Source of the DNA: Candidatus Poribacteria bacterium | GTDB lineage: Bacteria > Poribacteria > WGA-4E > UBA9662 | Reading direction: 5' to 3' | Assembly: GCA_036339735.1 (NCBI GenBank) | Contig: JAYZAL010000047.1 | Coordinates: 32,001 to 96,000, forward strand | Length of the DNA stretch: 64,000 bases | Shown here: piece by piece, positions 59,613-64,000 of the stretch | Numbering within the stretch: position 1 is the first letter of the stretch | How the letters are laid out: every line of letters starts with the position of its first letter | The notes under the pieces: generated by a model | Seen by the model: the letters and a program-made list of their open reading frames with translations, nothing else | What the model was told of the DNA's origin: nothing | Database searches by the model: none | Position numbers and translations under genes: made by a program

Positions 59613-60440
59613 TCAGAATCGGATAGCCTTGAAAGATTCGATTTGTCTTCTAATTGCAGTTTCAGTTGGAAGCCGTTCTGCACTTGACGCTCCATAGAAT
59701 CCCACTACACCTTTTGTATGATCTAAGATGTATTGGGCATCCGTTGGCTCTGCGATTGGCCCTCCATGGCAAATGACCAAAACCTCCGGATTAACACTTA
59801 CCGCTGCATCATGGATGGACTGTACCTTTTTAGCGGCTTCTTCCAAGGTTAATGCAGTGTGGGCACCAATCGATCCTTTGGTAGTTAAACCCATATGAGC
59901 TACTAGAATGTCAGCACCAGCCCCCGCCATCTGCTCGGCTTCCACTTCGTTGAAGGCGTAAGGAGTTGTTAATAGATCCTTTTGATGGGCTTGACGAATC
60001 ATCTCAACCTCTAGGCCATAGCCCATGCCAGTTTCTTCTAGATTTTGGCGAAAGATACCATCAATCAGTCCGACAGTGGGAAAATTTTGCACACCTGAAA
60101 AACCAACATCCTCAACCTCTCGTAAAAAATTACTCATGATACGAAAAGGGTCGGTCCCACAGACCCCTGCTAAGACAGGTGTATCCTTAACAACGGGCAA
60201 AACTTCCCTCGCCATGTCTATTACGATCGCATTAGCATCTCCATAGGGCATCATACCAGCTAAGGATCCACGACCAGCCATTCTAAAACGACCAGAATTA
60301 TAGATAACTATTAGGTCTATACCACCAGCTTCTTCGCATTTGGCCGAAATGCCAGTTCCAGCACCACCTCCGATAATTGGTTGACCTCGATCAATATTTG
60401 CGCGCAAACTTTCTAACACCTGCCGTCGAGTAAACTGCAT
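59613..60440 (-). CDS. Phosphoenolpyruvate hydrolase-like TIM-barrel protein (Tm-1 C-terminal-like)
   Basis: [55 protein letters not shown]. Confidence 0.9.
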   Translation of the reverse strand: MQFTRRQVLESLRANIDRGQPIIGGGAGTGISAKCEEAGGIDLIVIYNSGRFRMAGRGSLAGMMPYGDANAIVIDMAREVLPVVKDTPVLAGVCGTDPFRIMSNFLREVEDVGFSGVQNFPTVGLIDGIFRQNLEETGMGYGLEVEMIRQAHQKDLLTTPYAFNEVEAEQMAGAGADILVAHMGLTTKGSIGAHTALTLEEAAKKVQSIHDAAVSVNPEVLVICHGGPIAEPTDAQYILDHTKGVVGFYGASSAERLPTETAIRRQIESFKAIRF

Positions 60441-61020
60441 TCTCTAAACTACCCCTTAATTTTTTTACAAGTTAATATTCTATTTCCTAAATGCCACTGG
60501 CAACCGGCCTAAACCCCTAAACCTTTGCCACTCAAAATTATTATTTTTCACTGTCCAACCAAATTTTTAGAGTCAGGCTCTCTACAGATGGCATCCGGCA
60601 GTTAGTAAGATGAAATTGCACAGACATAACACCATTTCCTATCTATGTACAATGTGTAAGATATTCTCAATAGGAAATAAGAACACGCCGACTTATCAGG
60701 AAACTGATCTCCACAGCCTCACTTCATTTACAATTTACAACGAGAGAATTAAGAAGCACAAACTCAAACAAACACGCCTTAGAAACGACGGCTAAACTGA
60801 GTATTCTGATTTTGTTGGATAACACCATTGGAACAAGTGGTTCGGAAATTTTTTAGCAAGCTTGAAATTTTGTAGTCAAACGACTAAGCAAACAGCATCA
60901 TCTCGCACATCCAAAATATATCATATACCATACGATTTTAGCCAAGAGGTATTGAAAATACTAAGCTTGAACTTTTGTTAGAAGGGGTTTCAGGCATGAG
61001 GAAAATTTTGACACTATTCA

Positions 61021-61920
61021 ATGGCCGTGCTAAAATCCTGCCATCAATTTACACAACTAGACATGGCCTTCACCCGAAATCAAATCAGATCCTTTCAAAA
61101 ACAAGACTATCCAGCCGATCTATACCAGTTCGACAAGGCAGCGCGAGGAGTCGACGGCGGGTTTGGTAAGATTACAACTGATCACATCCAACACTTCCAA
61201 GACCACGGATATCTGATTGTAAACGAAGCATTTGACACCAATGAAATCCAACGAGGGAAAAAGGGCATACAGAATCTAGTAAGCCAGAAGTACCCTGATT
61301 TTCGTGGCCTACAGATTGAACCACGACTTGTAAAACAACAGAGAAAGCTCACGGTCGACGAACGAATCCATTCAACCCGCAAGGCCTTTAATTTTTTACA
61401 AACTGAACCATTGCTCAAAGACTTGTTTTATACCCCCAAATTACTAAAAGTTGTGTCAAAGTTACTCAATGATACCCCTGTCCACCTGCAAGACATGGCT
61501 TTGCTGAAACCCGCTAATTTTGGCACAGAAAAACCATGGCATCAAGATTGCGCCTACTTTAACTTCCCATTAGACGTTACTATTGTCGGTGTATGGATAG
61601 CTCTGGATGAAGCTAAACCAGAAAACGGATGTATGCATATCGTTCCTGGATCACACAAAAAACCTAAAATCCACTTCAAAAAGCGAGACTGGCAAATTTG
61701 CGACACAGATGTTGATCGGAAAAACGATTTTTTCGTTCCCCTCAGACCTGGCGGGGTTTTGTTTTTTCATGGTTTAATTCATCACGGAACACCATCCAAC
61801 CGATCTGACCAAAGTAGATGGGCGCTCCAGTTTCACTATCGCCCCCAAAACGCCCGTGAGATTTCGAACGATGATCGGCTCTCAATTTTCGGCAGCCAAG
61901 GTAAAGACGTAGACTGCTAG
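61021..61920 (+). CDS. PhyH family dioxygenase
   Basis: KPWHQDCAYF, WIALDEA..ENGCM.IVPGSH, HHGTP.N.S..SRWA. Confidence 0.9.
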   Translation: MAVLKSCHQFTQLDMAFTRNQIRSFQKQDYPADLYQFDKAARGVDGGFGKITTDHIQHFQDHGYLIVNEAFDTNEIQRGKKGIQNLVSQKYPDFRGLQIEPRLVKQQRKLTVDERIHSTRKAFNFLQTEPLLKDLFYTPKLLKVVSKLLNDTPVHLQDMALLKPANFGTEKPWHQDCAYFNFPLDVTIVGVWIALDEAKPENGCMHIVPGSHKKPKIHFKKRDWQICDTDVDRKNDFFVPLRPGGVLFFHGLIHHGTPSNRSDQSRWALQFHYRPQNAREISNDDRLSIFGSQGKDVDC

Positions 61921-61926
61921 TTTCCT

Positions 61927-62382
61927 ATGCATCGTCATACATTTCACACTAACACACCTGTAGAAACAGAGAAAGTTGGTCACATAATAGGTCAGACTCT
62001 GGTAAAACGGGATATAGTCGCCTTGATAGGTGATCTTGGTGCTGGGAAAACCTGCCTCACACGTGGTTTAGCTTCGGGGCTTGGCCTGCTTTCCCCCCAA
62101 GAAGTCACTAGCCCATCGTATACCCTCATCAATGAATATGAGGGGCAAATTCCAATCTACCATATCGACTTATACCGAATTGACCAACGTGAGGAAGTCT
62201 GGGATTTAGGTCTTGATGAGTACCTGGAAAGCGAGGGCGTTTGTATTATTGAGTGGGCAGATATAATTCTACAAGAATTACCTAACCATACGATTGAAAT
62301 AAAACTAAGTTGGCTAGGAGAAAACCGTAGATCCATTGAGACAAAAAATACCGTTAACTTAAGTACTTATACTTCCAAGTGA
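61927..62382 (+). CDS. tsaE: tRNA threonylcarbamoyladenosine biosynthesis ATPase TsaE
   Basis: GDLGAGKT, VTSPSYTLINEY, YHIDLYR, IIEWA. Confidence 0.95.
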   Translation: MHRHTFHTNTPVETEKVGHIIGQTLVKRDIVALIGDLGAGKTCLTRGLASGLGLLSPQEVTSPSYTLINEYEGQIPIYHIDLYRIDQREEVWDLGLDEYLESEGVCIIEWADIILQELPNHTIEIKLSWLGENRRSIETKNTVNLSTYTSK

Positions 62383-62412
62383 ACTCGCTAACATCCGATA
62401 AATAGAGGTTTG

Positions 62413-63579
62413 ATGATCAGTAAAAAATTGATTCCCTTGAGCCGCCCCTGGATAGATGCAGATGGGCCCGAGATCCCGGCACTTAAAGAAGTTTTCTCCT
62501 CCCGATGGCTGAGTACTGGCCCAAAGTGCCAAGAATTTGAGCAACGTTTTAGTCAATACATCGGGGCTAAGCATTCAATAGCAGTCAATTCCTGTACCGC
62601 TGCGCTTCATCTATCCTTACATGTTTCAGGAGTAGGACCTGGAGATGAGGTGATTACTACCCCATATACTTTCACTGCAACTTCTGAAGCTATTGGCTAT
62701 ACTGGAGCCAAGCCCGTTATGGTCGATATAGATCCTCTCACACTCAACTTGGACACCTCTCAAGTCGAGGCGGCTATCACGCCTCGTACGAGGGCTATTG
62801 TTCCGGTGCATATGGCAGGTCACCCCTGTAAAATGGATGATTTGGCCGAAATTTGCAATCGTTACAACCTAGTGTTAGTTGACGATGCCGCCCATGCAAT
62901 TTCCAGCCAATATCGGGATACAATGATTGGCAATACGGGCAACCTGTCTGCATTTAGCTTTCATGCTACAAAAAATTTGGCGATTGGGGAAGGCGGCATG
63001 ATAACCACAAACTGTGACGAGTTAGCTAAACGCCTGAAAGTCGTCAGACTTCACGGTATTAGTAAAGATGCTTGGAAAAGGCAAAGCCGGAAGGATTCTT
63101 GGTATTACGAAGTCGTTGAGCAGGGGTTTAAGTATAACCTTAGTGATATCCAAGCAGTTCTCGGGTTATGCCAACTTGCTAAATTAGAAAAACAGTTTGA
63201 AATTCGGAACATGCTTGCTGAAGTTTACCAAAACGAGTTGAGTTCAGTGAGCCAAATTACTCTACCTAAAGTTCCTATCGATGGCAAACACGCTTGGCAC
63301 TTGTTCATTATCCAATTGGATTGTCAGCACTTGAACACCGACCGAAGTAAAGTAATCAGGCAATTACGAGCTGCAAATATTGAGTGTGGAGTGCATTATA
63401 TTCCTCTTCACTTATTCCCCTATTACCAAGAAACCTATGGTTATCAAATTGGTGACTTCCCTTCAGCTGAATCGGTATATAAACAAGCCATTAGCCTTCC
63501 TATGCATGCCTTACTAGATTCGGATGATGTTCGGACGGTTACCGATGCACTCAAGCAACTCATTGAAAATGCTTGTTGA
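62413..63579 (+). CDS. DegT/DnrJ/EryC1/StrS nucleotide-sugar aminotransferase
   Basis: VNSCTAALHL, DDAAHA, FSFHATKNL..GEGG, GFKYNLSD, LPMH. Confidence 0.93.
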   Translation: MISKKLIPLSRPWIDADGPEIPALKEVFSSRWLSTGPKCQEFEQRFSQYIGAKHSIAVNSCTAALHLSLHVSGVGPGDEVITTPYTFTATSEAIGYTGAKPVMVDIDPLTLNLDTSQVEAAITPRTRAIVPVHMAGHPCKMDDLAEICNRYNLVLVDDAAHAISSQYRDTMIGNTGNLSAFSFHATKNLAIGEGGMITTNCDELAKRLKVVRLHGISKDAWKRQSRKDSWYYEVVEQGFKYNLSDIQAVLGLCQLAKLEKQFEIRNMLAEVYQNELSSVSQITLPKVPIDGKHAWHLFIIQLDCQHLNTDRSKVIRQLRAANIECGVHYIPLHLFPYYQETYGYQIGDFPSAESVYKQAISLPMHALLDSDDVRTVTDALKQLIENAC

Positions 63580-63603
63580 TCACTTTATGCCATTACCAAA
63601 TTG

Positions 63604-64000
63604 ATGTTGACTGTTAGGCGTGCTTTTCGACAATCTGGATCACCGAAAGCAAAAGCTCTATTCCTTGTTATTGCTCTTGGATCTTGGTTTCTTTACTTTT
63701 TCTCTCACCGAATTTTTGACCGAACTGCCCCCAAATTAACTATCAACAATTTAACTGATGGCGAAACTTTGAAAACTTCACTACTACTCGAAATTACAGC
63801 CAGCGACCAGAGAGCTGGTATCAAAGACCTATACCTACAAATCAACGATGAGCAACCTCAAAAACTGCAAAAATTACCAAAACAAACAATCAAACGTGCC
63901 CGTGAATATAATTATGACCTATCTGGCTTAGAGGATGGGCCGTATCAGCTGACTATTACCGCACTAGACAGAGCATTCCGAACAAACGAGAGCTATTTGC
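63604..64000 (+). CDS. Membrane-anchored protein with bacterial Ig-like domain (3'-truncated by the window edge; not in the ORF track)
   Basis: Open frame to the end: MLTVRRAF..., TM ALFLVIALGSWFLYFF, then DRTAPKLTI...ASDQRAGI...LEDGPYQLTITALDRA. Confidence 0.7.
   Translation, partial: MLTVRRAFRQSGSPKAKALFLVIALGSWFLYFFSHRIFDRTAPKLTINNLTDGETLKTSLLLEITASDQRAGIKDLYLQINDEQPQKLQKLPKQTIKRAREYNYDLSGLEDGPYQLTITALDRAFRTNESYL

Noticed and set aside
60490-60580. GCCACTGG...AGTCAGG resembling cobalamin riboswitch elements
   Set aside because: Lacks the GGGAAG B12-box partner and the upstream GGGAA/CCC-ACUG core; no B12-related gene follows
60610-60795. 61-aa intergenic ORF (also 14491-14709 and 20342-20536)
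   Set aside because: Short, no RBS, no recognisable motif; cannot be supported
363-62823. Numerous short antisense or out-of-frame ORFs nested in larger genes
   Set aside because: Shadow ORFs of well-supported CDS with no independent evidence
1-64000. CRISPR arrays, tRNA/rRNA, integrases, transposases, prophage or known anti-phage systems
   Set aside because: No regularly spaced repeats, cloverleaf or rRNA signatures, or diagnostic protein motifs were seen by eye

Overview
Gene-dense bacterial chromosomal window, roughly 40% GC by eye, with about 50 CDS and no rRNA, tRNA, CRISPR array or recognisable mobile element. The content is three Cys-type sulfatases, three PhyH-family dioxygenases, several TIM-barrel and oxidoreductase enzymes, many TPR/WD40 proteins, a secreted protein ending in an 'LLPNYPNPFNPETWIPYQL' FlgD-like domain, and a flagellin. 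This mix resembles marine Candidatus Poribacteria, possibly the free-living low-GC lineage (inference, not tested). Housekeeping genes include nth, a threonine synthase, gatA, a CtpA protease, a PpiD/SurA chaperone and tsaE. The most notable items are: (1) a minus-strand operon encoding a WD40-dockerin secreted protein, a cohesin lipoprotein, a beta-helix lipoprotein, a membrane-anchored pseudo-caspase/PEGA/TPR protein and a coiled-coil diadenylate cyclase; (2) a glutamine-dependent NAD+ synthetase that reads like the eukaryotic NADSYN1/Qns1 type; (3) a ~184-nt structured RNA candidate behind a strong sigma70 promoter; (4) a TPR / beta-barrel / ExbB / TonB cluster lacking ExbD; (5) an orphan flagellin with a sigma28 promoter and a long 3' hairpin. 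All calls come from motif recognition; no searches were run.
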